Assembly: GCA_022841985.1 (NCBI GenBank)
Contig: JALHQL010000003.1
Span: 6,878-70,877 of the forward strand
Reading direction: 5' to 3'
From: Minisyncoccota bacterium
GTDB taxonomy: Bacteria; Patescibacteriota; Minisyncoccia; Phycocordibacterales; Phycocordibacteraceae
DNA: 64,000 nt
How positions within the stretch are numbered: position 1 is the stretch's first letter; each line of letters starts with the position of its first letter. Position numbers and translations under genes: made by a program. The notes under the pieces were generated by a model. It was not told the DNA's origin. It was given only the letters and a program-made list of their open reading frames with translations, and ran no database searches. Below are positions 35,279-44,249 of this stretch, in pieces.

Positions 35279-36148
35279 ATGACATCGTCAGTCGTTATTG
35301 TCAAAGCCGACGGATCAAGTGAATTATTTGATCCGGAACGGCTCGTGAGCTCGCTCCGGCGCTCTGGTGCGGGCGAGCATGCCGCAGAGCGTATCGCAGA
35401 GACAATTACGAATACGATCGCACCAGGCACTTCCTCAAAGGAAGTCTATACGCGGGCCTTTGCGCTTTTGCGCAAGGAGGCGCGTCCGGTTGCCGCTCGC
35501 TATGCGTTGCGGCGCGCGCTTCTTGAGCTCGGTCCGACCGGCCATCCATTTGAGGACTTCATCTCGCATCTCTACCGTGCAGAGGGTTGGCAAGTTGAAA
35601 CACGTAAGATAATAAAAGGAAAATGCGTATCGCACGAAGTCGATTTCTATGCATCGAATCGGGAGCGGAATACTTTTATTGCTGCCGAATTGAAGTATCA
35701 TAATGATCCTGGTTATAAAACCGATTTAAAAGTCGCACTCTACGTCAAGAGTCGTTTTGATGATATTTTCAATTGTGATTCCGCTGTCCGCTTGTGCCCG
35801 ATTGACCGCGGTCTTTTGGTTACCAATACTAAGTTTACCTCCGAAGCTATCGCTTATGCAGAATGTTCGGGTGTAGAACTCCTCGGGTGGGGGTATCCGG
35901 CAGAGAATGGTCTTTTTGCTCGTATGAGCCGTGCACATGTGTACCCTATTACTACATTGACCTGCCTTTCGAACGCTGAAAAACGGATCCTTATCGAGAG
36001 TGGCATTATTGCAGTTGATGAAATCATACGAGATCATCGTGCGCTTGATCCGCTGCGTCTCACTCCGGAGCGAGTGGGCAAGATCCTTGCTGAAGCAGAA
36101 GGTCTTCTTGAGCTTTCAAACGGTCTTCATGGTACTGTTCCCGTATGA
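35279..36148 (+). CDS. ATP-cone domain fused to a restriction-endonuclease-like (Mrr-cat, PD-(D/E)xK) domain
   Basis: The N-terminus VVIVKADGSSELFDPERLVSSL...SSKEVYTRAFALLRKEARPVAARYALRR matches the ATP-cone consensus (VIKRDGxxExFDxxKI...YxxYR). The middle EGWQVETRKIIKGKCVSHEVDFYA...IAAELKYHN gives D...E-x-K nuclease core residues. Confidence 0.55.
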   Translation: MTSSVVIVKADGSSELFDPERLVSSLRRSGAGEHAAERIAETITNTIAPGTSSKEVYTRAFALLRKEARPVAARYALRRALLELGPTGHPFEDFISHLYRAEGWQVETRKIIKGKCVSHEVDFYASNRERNTFIAAELKYHNDPGYKTDLKVALYVKSRFDDIFNCDSAVRLCPIDRGLLVTNTKFTSEAIAYAECSGVELLGWGYPAENGLFARMSRAHVYPITTLTCLSNAEKRILIESGIIAVDEIIRDHRALDPLRLTPERVGKILAEAEGLLELSNGLHGTVPV

Positions 36149-36612
36149 AAGGATACTTCTCCGTAAACTCTTTTATCGCCGGCATTATGTTCGGCATCCT
36201 GCTCACAGGCGCTTGGTTCTTTAGCGACAGCTTTACTCCGGCACCATCCCCCTCTTCCTCTGCTGATACGACGATTGAAATGCAAGAAGGAGGCTCAGTA
36301 TCCGTTGGGCCCCAGTCTGCGGGCAATACGGCTGTCGTCGAGTCGGTTACTGTGCCACCACCAGGTGTGTGGGTCGCAGTGCGGGAAGTCGTGGACGATG
36401 AACTTGGGAATGTGCTAGGTGCCGCACGGGTGAAAGGTCCAAGAAGCAACGTTTCCATTCCTCTCTTACGCGCAACCGAACCGGGACGAACATATGCAAT
36501 TCAATTATATCGAGATGATGCGGGGGGAGTGTTCGATGTAACGACGAACAGTATATACGTTGATTTTGATACGGGGATGCGTGTGGTTACCTATTTCACA
36601 ACCGCTGAGTGA
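36145..36612 (+). CDS. Hypothetical secreted/membrane-anchored protein
   Basis: 155 aa with an N-terminal hydrophobic segment. Overlaps neighbours by 4 nt on both sides. No recognised domain. Confidence 0.35.
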   Translation: MKGYFSVNSFIAGIMFGILLTGAWFFSDSFTPAPSPSSSADTTIEMQEGGSVSVGPQSAGNTAVVESVTVPPPGVWVAVREVVDDELGNVLGAARVKGPRSNVSIPLLRATEPGRTYAIQLYRDDAGGVFDVTTNSIYVDFDTGMRVVTYFTTAE

Positions 36613-37406
36613 TAGCTATGGCATTCGGCGGGTATAAACTCAAATGGGAGAAAGGAAGATTTAATCCATCCTCACGGGAACCGTATGTGATTTCTCGATC
36701 GAAGATAGATCGATTTCTCGAGTGCCCCCGCTGCTACTGGCTCGAAGCTCGCTACGGCATCGGTCGTCCTGACTCTCCGCCCTTTACGCTCAACAACGCG
36801 GTTGACGAACTATTTAAACGCGAGTTCGACGTCCGCAGAGCTGCAGGCGAGCCGCATCCGCTCATGAAGAAGTATGGCATCGACGCGATACCGTATGCGC
36901 ACGAGAAGATTGAGGAGTGGCGTGACGCGCTTAAGCGTGGGGTACGGTATCACGATACGGAAAACAATCTCATTGTACGTGGCGGTATTGATGATGTTTG
37001 GGTAAATCCCACTGGGGAGCTCCATGTCGTCGATTATAAAGCGACGGCTGGGAAGAAGGAGGTTACGCTTGAAGATGAGTGGAAGATTCAGTACAAGCGT
37101 CAGGTCGAAGTCTATCAATGGCTCTTTCGTCGGAACGGGTTTACGGTCTCACCGATCGCATACTTTGTCTACGCAAACGGGTTGAACGACAAAGAAGCGT
37201 TCGATGGAAAACTTGAATTCGAAATTACTATTCTGCCGTACGAGGGTGATGATTCTTGGGTACCAGACACGCTTAAGGTTTTGAAAGCTTGCTTGGTTTC
37301 CGATGCCATCCCTAAGTCCGGCGCGCATTGCGAATATTGCCCATATCGCGAAAATGCCGGTAAAATGCTACTCACTCTTCATCAGAATGGCAAAAAGAAG
37401 AAGTAA
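36609..37406 (+). CDS. PD-(D/E)xK nuclease family protein, Cas4/RecB-like with probable Fe-S cysteines
   Basis: 265 aa. N-terminal ISRSKIDRFLECPRCYW, core GGIDDVWVNPTGELHVVDYKAT plus QVEVYQ, and C-terminal HCEYCPY. Four Cys lie in the positions used by Cas4/AddB-type 4Fe-4S clusters. Confidence 0.6.
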   Translation: MIAMAFGGYKLKWEKGRFNPSSREPYVISRSKIDRFLECPRCYWLEARYGIGRPDSPPFTLNNAVDELFKREFDVRRAAGEPHPLMKKYGIDAIPYAHEKIEEWRDALKRGVRYHDTENNLIVRGGIDDVWVNPTGELHVVDYKATAGKKEVTLEDEWKIQYKRQVEVYQWLFRRNGFTVSPIAYFVYANGLNDKEAFDGKLEFEITILPYEGDDSWVPDTLKVLKACLVSDAIPKSGAHCEYCPYRENAGKMLLTLHQNGKKKK

Positions 37407-37417
37407 AAACTCTGGTG

Positions 37418-38086
37418 TTATAGTTTTGCAGTTGAAGTCGCAAGAGCTCCTTTTGGAAATTGCTTTTCAAGGTCGGCCAGGGAAGTAAATCCGTAGAACA
37501 CTTTACCGTTGATGACAAAAGCGGGCAGGGAATCCTGCACCTTGGTAACTTGGATGAGAGTTTTTAGGGCGCCAAGATCGAGATTGTAATCAAAAGAGTA
37601 GACACGTAGTTTTGGATACGTATCGCGCAAGTAGGAGAGAGCATAGCCCGCTTTATCGCAGTCGTCGCAGTCGCCGGCATTGCTGTAGAAATAAAGCACC
37701 ATCACAGGCGGTTTTGCACCGCATGCGGCAGCAAGCTGTTTGGTAATGAGATAGTCACGAATTTCAAGCAGAGAGTATTGATTTTTCAGTTGCAATACCT
37801 GAGGATTATCACTACCGAGTTGATTTTCGGTGTATGCGAGCCGGGTACCCAAATCTGCGAGTTCACCGGTCAGAGTAGTTGAGGATGCGGTACTGTCACA
37901 GGGCGCCGCTGTGAGCAAAGAAAACTGTGTATCAAGAGAGAGTATCTCTATCGAAATTTTGTCCTGTATTGCCGAAATCTCGGTAATACGAGCTTGGTTC
38001 AAATAATTAATAGCGTATGCAACCGTACTCACGAGTGCAATCGTGATACCGAGTGCTATCAGGGCATTTCGTGCAGCAAGGGGCAT
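37418..38086 (-). CDS. Membrane-anchored thioredoxin-fold-like protein (CDDC motif)
   Basis: 222 aa with an N-terminal TM anchor. The C-terminal FYSNAGDCDDCDKAGYAL...AFVINGKVF resembles a thioredoxin/DsbA-like fold with a CxxC. Confidence 0.4.
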   Translation of the reverse strand: MPLAARNALIALGITIALVSTVAYAINYLNQARITEISAIQDKISIEILSLDTQFSLLTAAPCDSTASSTTLTGELADLGTRLAYTENQLGSDNPQVLQLKNQYSLLEIRDYLITKQLAAACGAKPPVMVLYFYSNAGDCDDCDKAGYALSYLRDTYPKLRVYSFDYNLDLGALKTLIQVTKVQDSLPAFVINGKVFYGFTSLADLEKQFPKGALATSTAKL

Positions 38087-38089
38087 AGC

Positions 38090-39328
38090 TTAGTAGCGCC
38101 AACCGCGGCGTTTGCCGCGAGCGACGTCGCTTGTTGCCCGTATGAGCCACAACGGTGCGATAAACGCGTAGAGAAGAGCATAGGAAGCGATGCTAAACGG
38201 CAGATTTCCCGGTGTCTTTGAGATGTTCTTTCCGATCGTAATCAAGGTAAATGAGGCGAGCATAGTAGTGAAGGCGAGAAGCAAATACACACTTGCGGGG
38301 AAATAGAACCAATCGAACGAACCGTGTGGCAGTATTGCGTACGAGAGTGGAATGCCGGCGCGGATCTCAATCGCGGCAGAAGCGTGTTGGACAATTTTGA
38401 AAAGCACAATCGAAAAAAGCATGATACCGCTGCCAATCGAAAGCAGAGCGCTTGGCAGAACGAGCATGCCGAGAGTCCCATGCTTATAACTACCAATGAG
38501 TCCGCGGTATTCCCCCAGAATATTACGGAGGAATCCAGAGGTCCAACGTGTGCGCTGTTTAATGAGTTTAAAGAGGGTGTCGGGCGCCTTAGTATACACA
38601 CGTGCGCGCGGTGCATTCTCAATTTTATATCCTGCCTGTTGAATGCGAAGCGCCATTTCCATATCCTCAGTCTGATGCCCATATCGGAAACCGCCGAGCT
38701 CGTTCACAATAGAGCGTCGATAGAAAGAAAAAGGTCCTGGGGTAACGTAAAGACCGTTAAGCGAGGAGAGTGAATGTCGAAGCGAGATACCGAAAGTGTA
38801 TTCGGCATTTTGCATATATTGCAATATGTTATTTGGACGGTGTACTGACATGGCAGCGGTTGCCGCAGCGACGTTTGCGTCCACGAAGCAGGCCACTATC
38901 TCGCGTAACGCATCTGGCTCGACGAAAGAGTCGGCGTCGAGGCAGCCGACAATTTCAGCCTGAGTTGCTGCAATACCAGCATTTAGCGCTGTGTGCTTAC
39001 CGCCATTTTCTTTGTGGATAATACGCACGTGTGGGTGATGTGCGAATTTCTGCATGACGGACGAAGTTGCATCGGTGGAACCGTCGTTAACAAGAATGAT
39101 TTCAAGCTTCTCCTTTGGGTATTCAAGAGCAAGGAGCGATTCGCAAGTGGACGCGAGAGTCGTCATTTCATTCCAGCAGGGTACGATGACAGCAACGGTA
39201 GGAATTGTTGTGTTTAGTGTCCGCGCGCGGGCTTCGCGCGCGGGCTTCGAGAGTAATGTCACTAGGATGAACGACTCAACGAATATAGCGACAAAAAGGA
39301 AAGGATATGCGAACGTTTCGAGACCCAT
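38090..39328 (-). CDS. Family 2 glycosyltransferase (processive, cellulose-synthase/PgaC-like topology)
   Basis: 412 aa with N- and C-terminal TM helices. Contains VAVIVPCWNE, the DXD-type motifs DGSTDAT and DADS, and QRTRWTSGFL (QxxRW). Confidence 0.75.
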   Translation of the reverse strand: MGLETFAYPFLFVAIFVESFILVTLLSKPAREARARTLNTTIPTVAVIVPCWNEMTTLASTCESLLALEYPKEKLEIILVNDGSTDATSSVMQKFAHHPHVRIIHKENGGKHTALNAGIAATQAEIVGCLDADSFVEPDALREIVACFVDANVAAATAAMSVHRPNNILQYMQNAEYTFGISLRHSLSSLNGLYVTPGPFSFYRRSIVNELGGFRYGHQTEDMEMALRIQQAGYKIENAPRARVYTKAPDTLFKLIKQRTRWTSGFLRNILGEYRGLIGSYKHGTLGMLVLPSALLSIGSGIMLFSIVLFKIVQHASAAIEIRAGIPLSYAILPHGSFDWFYFPASVYLLLAFTTMLASFTLITIGKNISKTPGNLPFSIASYALLYAFIAPLWLIRATSDVARGKRRGWRY

Positions 39329-39366
39329 AATGGCGCAATTCTAGCACAATCTGCTATATTTGGGCT

Positions 39367-40107
39367 ATGAGCCAGCCGTCGGGTCGTCTCCACCCCATTT
39401 CTATTGCTATCCGCGATATAGCGGACATCTTCGGTCGTATGGGATTCGGTATCGCTTACGGTCCGGAACTTGAAGATGATTTCCATAATTTCACTGGCCT
39501 GAACATACCGCCGAATCATCCTGCGCGTGGTATGCAGGACACTTTTTGGGTTAAGGATGAGAAAGATGCTGTTTTACGCACACACACGACCTCGGTGTCT
39601 GTACGCGAACTTGAAAAGCTTGCTCAAAGAGGCGGAAATGAAATGCGTCGCATCATGCCGGGCAAAGTCTTTCGCAACGAAGCGACTGACGCCACGCATG
39701 AGGCGCAGTTCTATCAGGTTGATGGTTTTGCCGTGGGTCCTACGGGTTCAGTAACTCTTGCACACCTGAAGGGCGTGCTTATAAGTTTTTATCGTGAGTA
39801 CCTTGGTATGGATGCAAAGATTCGTTTTCGTCCGAGCTTCTTTGGCTTCACTGAGCCGTCGGTCGAGGTGGATGTTTGGTTCGAAGCACCCGGCAAAGAA
39901 GGGCGCTGGCTTGAGATGAGTGGTGGCGGAATGTTCCATCCGAACGTAATCCGCGATGCCGGACTTGATCCGAAGAAGATAGGCGGCTTTGCGTTCGGCG
40001 GCGGGCTCGAACGACTGCTTATGGTGAAGTACGGGATTCCAGATGTTCGCTTGTTTCATTCAGGCGATGTCCGATTCGTATATGGATTTGAGGAGAACAT
40101 AAAATGA
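39367..40107 (+). CDS. pheS: Phenylalanine--tRNA ligase alpha subunit (short form without the N-terminal coiled-coil)
   Basis: 246 aa. HPISIAIRDIADIFGRMGFGIAYGPELEDDFHNF (motif 1), RTHTTSVSVR (motif 2) and GFAFGGGLERLLMVKYGI (motif 3). Confidence 0.85.
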   Translation: MSQPSGRLHPISIAIRDIADIFGRMGFGIAYGPELEDDFHNFTGLNIPPNHPARGMQDTFWVKDEKDAVLRTHTTSVSVRELEKLAQRGGNEMRRIMPGKVFRNEATDATHEAQFYQVDGFAVGPTGSVTLAHLKGVLISFYREYLGMDAKIRFRPSFFGFTEPSVEVDVWFEAPGKEGRWLEMSGGGMFHPNVIRDAGLDPKKIGGFAFGGGLERLLMVKYGIPDVRLFHSGDVRFVYGFEENIK

Positions 40108-40108
40108 A

Positions 40109-41284
40109 ATGAAAATTTCTCGCAATGATCTCCAGAAATATTTCATAGCCCCACTGCCGAGTACGACGGCGATTGCGGACGCCTTTACCTTTCATTGTTT
40201 CGAAATTGAAGAAATCGAGGGCGACGTCCTGGATATAAAAGTTCTCACGAACCGAGCTGCTGATTGTAATTCAGAAGCAGGTATCGCGGTTGAACTCTCA
40301 GCGATCCTTGACCTGCCTCTCAAGAGTCAATCCACGAACGGTTTTTCCGATAAAATAATAGAAGTTTCGCTTTTGCGTATTAACGAAATCCTCGGGGCTG
40401 ACTTTTCGGAAGCAGAAGTTGAAGACGTATTTCGCCGACTTCATTTCCGCGTTGAAAAAAATGGAAACGTATTTCGTGTGGCCGCGCCTCTTCCGCGCCT
40501 CGACATCGAGATCCCCGAAGACGTGGCTGAAGAGGTTGGACGTATTCTTGGCTATGACCGTGTTCCGGAGACCGAATTCCCGCCCATTTCCGGGACACCT
40601 GACCAGGCGCGCTATCGCGGTATCGAAAAAATGAAAGATCAGCTCGTCGAGCAAGGATTCATCGAAGTTTCGACACAGTCCTTTACTACAAAGGGCGACG
40701 TGTACCTCGCCAATCCACTCGACAAGACGAAGCCTGCGCTCCGCACGTCGCTTGAAGAGAATTTGCAGAGTGCGCTTGAGCGTGCAAAACAATATGCGCC
40801 ACTCGTGCTCCCACCGAAGCAATCAGTGAAATTATTTGAAGTCGGAACTGTTTTCCCAAAAAAGGGAGAATATCTTGAGTTGCGCATGACTGAGCGGGTC
40901 AAAGAATGGGGCGACGCAGCAGGAAGCTCAGATAATCTTTCCGTAGCGAGACTTGAAGAGTATGGGAAGGATTACACACCTAAGCGGTATACGCTCAGCA
41001 CCTATAAGCCGTTTTCAGTGTACCCGTTTATCACGCGCGACATCGCACTCTGGGTTTCGAATGGTACGGAAGTTTCCGTCATTGAGAGCCTCATCCAAGG
41101 GAATGCGGGCAAGCTCCTCATTCGTCTCGACAAATTCGATCAGTTCGAAAAAGAGGGAAAAGTTTCGTATGCTTTCCGACTCGTTTTCCAATCTATAGAG
41201 CGTACGTTAACCGATGAAGAGGTAAGTGGCATTATGGAGAGCATTGCTACCGTCCTCTCCGCAAAAGGTTACGAAGTTCGTTGA
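40109..41284 (+). CDS. pheT: Phenylalanine--tRNA ligase beta subunit, strongly reduced (B5 + catalytic-like + FDX-ACB; no OB tRNA-binding or B3/B4 editing domain)
   Basis: 391 aa versus about 800 typical. Starts 2 nt after the pheS stop. N-terminal MKISRNDL..., B5-like RLDIEIPEDVAEEVGRILGYDRVP, C-terminal FDX-ACB (VSYAFRLVFQSIERTLTDEEV). Confidence 0.75.
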   Translation: MKISRNDLQKYFIAPLPSTTAIADAFTFHCFEIEEIEGDVLDIKVLTNRAADCNSEAGIAVELSAILDLPLKSQSTNGFSDKIIEVSLLRINEILGADFSEAEVEDVFRRLHFRVEKNGNVFRVAAPLPRLDIEIPEDVAEEVGRILGYDRVPETEFPPISGTPDQARYRGIEKMKDQLVEQGFIEVSTQSFTTKGDVYLANPLDKTKPALRTSLEENLQSALERAKQYAPLVLPPKQSVKLFEVGTVFPKKGEYLELRMTERVKEWGDAAGSSDNLSVARLEEYGKDYTPKRYTLSTYKPFSVYPFITRDIALWVSNGTEVSVIESLIQGNAGKLLIRLDKFDQFEKEGKVSYAFRLVFQSIERTLTDEEVSGIMESIATVLSAKGYEVR

Positions 41285-41408
41285 TCGTCGTTGAATAGCA
41301 GAAAGCTAGAAGTTGCCAGCGAGACCTGGTAGGTACATCCCAATCATGCTCAAGGCAAGCAAGACGACAAAGACGATGGTAATTGCGCGTTTCATCCTGA
41401 CAGAGTAG

Positions 41409-41449
41409 CAGAAATCCCGTGGCTGGCAACGCCAGCCACGGGATTTCTG
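41409..41449. terminator. Terminator-like hairpin with a perfect 19-bp stem
   Basis: cagaaatcccgtggctggc aac gccagccacgggatttctg, followed by T-rich tgcattattattttgg. Lies between convergent pheT and the oxidase gene. Confidence 0.5.
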
Positions 41450-41456
41450 TGCATTA

Positions 41457-43124
41457 TTATTTTGGAACAGTTGTGATCATGTCCCTTTTGATGTCGGCGA
41501 AGGTGCCGCCGACTTTCTTGCCGGGATTTAAGATATTGAGCGGATCAAAAATCTCTTTCGTTTCGGTAAAGAGTGCAACCATCTCTCCGCCGAAGAGCAT
41601 GGGGAGATAGGGTGTGCGGATGATACCGTCGTTGTGTTCTCCGGTCGTCGTCCCGCCCTCACTTATCACGAGCTCATAGACCTTGGGCGCGAGCTTAAGG
41701 ACGACTTGGCGATTCTCCTCCTTAGAGAGGTCCATAAGCGGGATGATATGGAAGTTTCCGTTACCGACATGACCCGCAATGGTGTAGATGAAATGCGTTT
41801 TGTATTCGTCGAGGAGTGCATTTAGTTTCGGCAAAAATTCAGGGTAGCTTGAGGGCGGCACGACGAAGTCATCGATAAAGGGTGCGGCATAGAGGCCGTG
41901 CACATTTTTGCGCAGAAGTGCGAAGCTCTCTCTGCGTACGATCCAATATTTTTCGGACTCTTTCTCATTTTTTTCAACTTTTGCTTGCACGTGGAGGTCG
42001 CTAAGTGCCTCCTTCGCCGCCACGGCCTTCCTATCTGCTTCTTCGATAGTGTCTTCGGCAAATTCTGCCATGAGTATCATTTTTGGCACGCCGCCGGTGG
42101 CGACCATCGCCGCTTCAGGGATGAAGTCGACGCCGAGGCGTACGGCCTTTGCAAATCCCATTTGCGAGAGCATTCCGGGGAGGAATTTCACGGCAAGTGT
42201 GAAAGTATGATTGTCGTAGCTCTCAAAAGATTCCGGTTCTTGGACGAGGACGCGCTTTACAATCTCCGGAAGAATATTGAGTTCGTAGAGGAAGACGACG
42301 AGCATGGCACGATGCTCTTTCGGCTTTACAAGTTTGAGTTTTACTTTTGTCCAGAGGGCAAGGCTGCCCTGGGAGCCGCAGACGAGCTTCGCGAGGTTGA
42401 ACATACCAGTTTTCTCATCGCGAATCCTCCAGAGACCATAACCAGCTGAGTTTTTAGAAACCTTTGGGCGGTGCTGTTCAATGAGTGTCGCGTTCTTAGT
42501 AATCAGAGCATCCATCTTTCTGTAAATATCGCCTTCAAGAGTCTGGAGTTTCTTCTTCTCTTCCAATTCTGTAGGAGTCAACGGTTTGAATGTCGTCTGT
42601 GTGCCGTCAGAGAGCACGACATCGAGCTCCTCGACATATCGCTCGGTCTGCCCGTATTTAAGCGTGCGTTCGCCGCCGGAATTATTGGCAACAATGCCTC
42701 CCATAGCAGCGATGCCGCGCGAGGCAGGATAGGAGGGGAGTATTAAATTCTTTTTTAGAGTTTCTTTTTCAAAATCGCGATAGTAGACGCCCGGCTCGGT
42801 GATGGCAAAGTCGCCGCCGATTTCGCCAATATGGTTCAAGTGTTTGGTGAACGACACTACGACACTCGTGGTGAGTGGTCCTCCGGTCATGTCAGTGCCG
42901 CCGGAGCGCGCAGCAAGCGAGACAGCCGCGCCCGCTTCGCGGGCGCGGTGCATTTCTTTCACCATCACGCTTACATCCTCCGCATCTTTTGGGTACACGA
43001 CCAATTCCGGCATTCGCGTAAAAATCGATGTGTCGCGACTCGCCCCTTTCAGTATCGCCGCATCATCCGATACTTCTCCTTTCATTACACCCGCAAGCGC
43101 CTTTTTCAAATCATTCGTACTCAT
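41457..43124 (-). CDS. FAD-binding oxidoreductase (FAD-linked oxidase / D-lactate dehydrogenase-glycolate oxidase GlcD-like)
   Basis: 555 aa. N-terminal FAD-binding PCMH domain (YPKDAEDVSVMVKE...AARSGGTDMTGGPL) and C-terminal FAD-oxidase domain (GTTTGEHNDGIIRTPYL). Confidence 0.75.
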   Translation of the reverse strand: MSTNDLKKALAGVMKGEVSDDAAILKGASRDTSIFTRMPELVVYPKDAEDVSVMVKEMHRAREAGAAVSLAARSGGTDMTGGPLTTSVVVSFTKHLNHIGEIGGDFAITEPGVYYRDFEKETLKKNLILPSYPASRGIAAMGGIVANNSGGERTLKYGQTERYVEELDVVLSDGTQTTFKPLTPTELEEKKKLQTLEGDIYRKMDALITKNATLIEQHRPKVSKNSAGYGLWRIRDEKTGMFNLAKLVCGSQGSLALWTKVKLKLVKPKEHRAMLVVFLYELNILPEIVKRVLVQEPESFESYDNHTFTLAVKFLPGMLSQMGFAKAVRLGVDFIPEAAMVATGGVPKMILMAEFAEDTIEEADRKAVAAKEALSDLHVQAKVEKNEKESEKYWIVRRESFALLRKNVHGLYAAPFIDDFVVPPSSYPEFLPKLNALLDEYKTHFIYTIAGHVGNGNFHIIPLMDLSKEENRQVVLKLAPKVYELVISEGGTTTGEHNDGIIRTPYLPMLFGGEMVALFTETKEIFDPLNILNPGKKVGGTFADIKRDMITTVPK

Positions 43125-43210
43125 TCTCTTCAGTATATACTACGAATTAAAGCTTAAGACATGCGATGTTCTAAGTTTACAATAGGAAATTGCTAGACTA
43201 GTCTTAATCT

Positions 43211-43606
43211 ATGGATCGTGAAGCATTTGAAAAATTGGTTGAGGAAGGATTTCTCCTTATCCCAGAGAAATTCCGCAAGAGGATACAGAATGTCGCTCTC
43301 TTGGTCGAGGATGAGCCGTCGAGTGAGGTGCGGCAACAAGAGGGCCTTTCTGCAGACGAGACGCTTCTCGGGCTGTATCAAGGCATCCCGGCAACCGAAC
43401 GCGGCGATTCATACGGTATCGGGCCGACGATTCCGGACACTATTACACTTTTCAAATTATCGATAGAGGAGGCGGCAGCTGGTGTGCCAGAAGAGGTGCG
43501 AAAGATCGTCGCTGAGACAATCTGGCATGAATACGCCCACTATTTCGGAATGGACGAAGACGAGGTAAGATTTCGTGAAGAGGTGCGCGGAAAACAGAGA
43601 GAGTAA
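43211..43606 (+). CDS. Metallopeptidase-family protein (HExxH, zincin-like small protein)
   Basis: 131 aa. The only clear signature is WHEYAHYFG (HExxH) near the C-terminus, as in small 'possible zinc metallopeptidase' family proteins. Confidence 0.5.
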   Translation: MDREAFEKLVEEGFLLIPEKFRKRIQNVALLVEDEPSSEVRQQEGLSADETLLGLYQGIPATERGDSYGIGPTIPDTITLFKLSIEEAAAGVPEEVRKIVAETIWHEYAHYFGMDEDEVRFREEVRGKQRE

Positions 43607-43623
43607 ACATTGCCAACATATTT

Positions 43624-44181
43624 ATGAAAACAACATCTATTCTGTATACAACAAGCATTCTTGTACTCATCATCGCAGGAGCGTGGTTCGGGCTCTCCCG
43701 CACAATAGGAAATCCTTCACTCGCTGTTCTCTCTTTTGAGGATTGCGTAAAGGAGGGGTATCCGGTCATGGAAAGCCATCCTCGGCAGTGCAGGACGCTG
43801 GATGGGAGAATATATGCCGAAGAGATACCTGAGAAAATTACCTATTTCAACGCGACCGCTAACAATATTATGGTCGAACTTCCTTTTCCTGGCGCTGTTA
43901 CCGGCAAAGATTTTTCGGTCATAGGTAAAGCTCGGGGGAATTGGTTTTTTGAAGCATCTTTTCCAATAGAGGTTCTTGATAAGGAGGGGAGCCTTCTCAC
44001 CACCGGTATAGCTCAAGCGGAAGGTGAGTGGATGACTATGGACTTCGTGCCTTTCAGGGCGGATATTAAAGCTCCACAATCCTATATCGGCGAAGCGACT
44101 CTTGTGTTAAAAAAAGATAATGCTTCAGGACTTCCAGAGCACGATGCATCGATATCATTTCCAATCACCATCGAATACTAA
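43624..44181 (+). CDS. Secreted hypothetical protein, possibly an Ig-like (Gmad2-like) domain
   Basis: 185 aa. N-terminal TM/signal, then a beta-rich domain (FEASFPIEVLDKEGSLLTTGIAQAEGEWMTMDFVPFRADI). The assignment is tentative. Confidence 0.3.
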   Translation: MKTTSILYTTSILVLIIAGAWFGLSRTIGNPSLAVLSFEDCVKEGYPVMESHPRQCRTLDGRIYAEEIPEKITYFNATANNIMVELPFPGAVTGKDFSVIGKARGNWFFEASFPIEVLDKEGSLLTTGIAQAEGEWMTMDFVPFRADIKAPQSYIGEATLVLKKDNASGLPEHDASISFPITIEY

Positions 44182-44249
44182 GTTAGCCACAGATTGGTGT
44201 ATGTAGGATATTAAAGTTGTGTATGTTGTGTTCGTAGTTGTGGATAACT

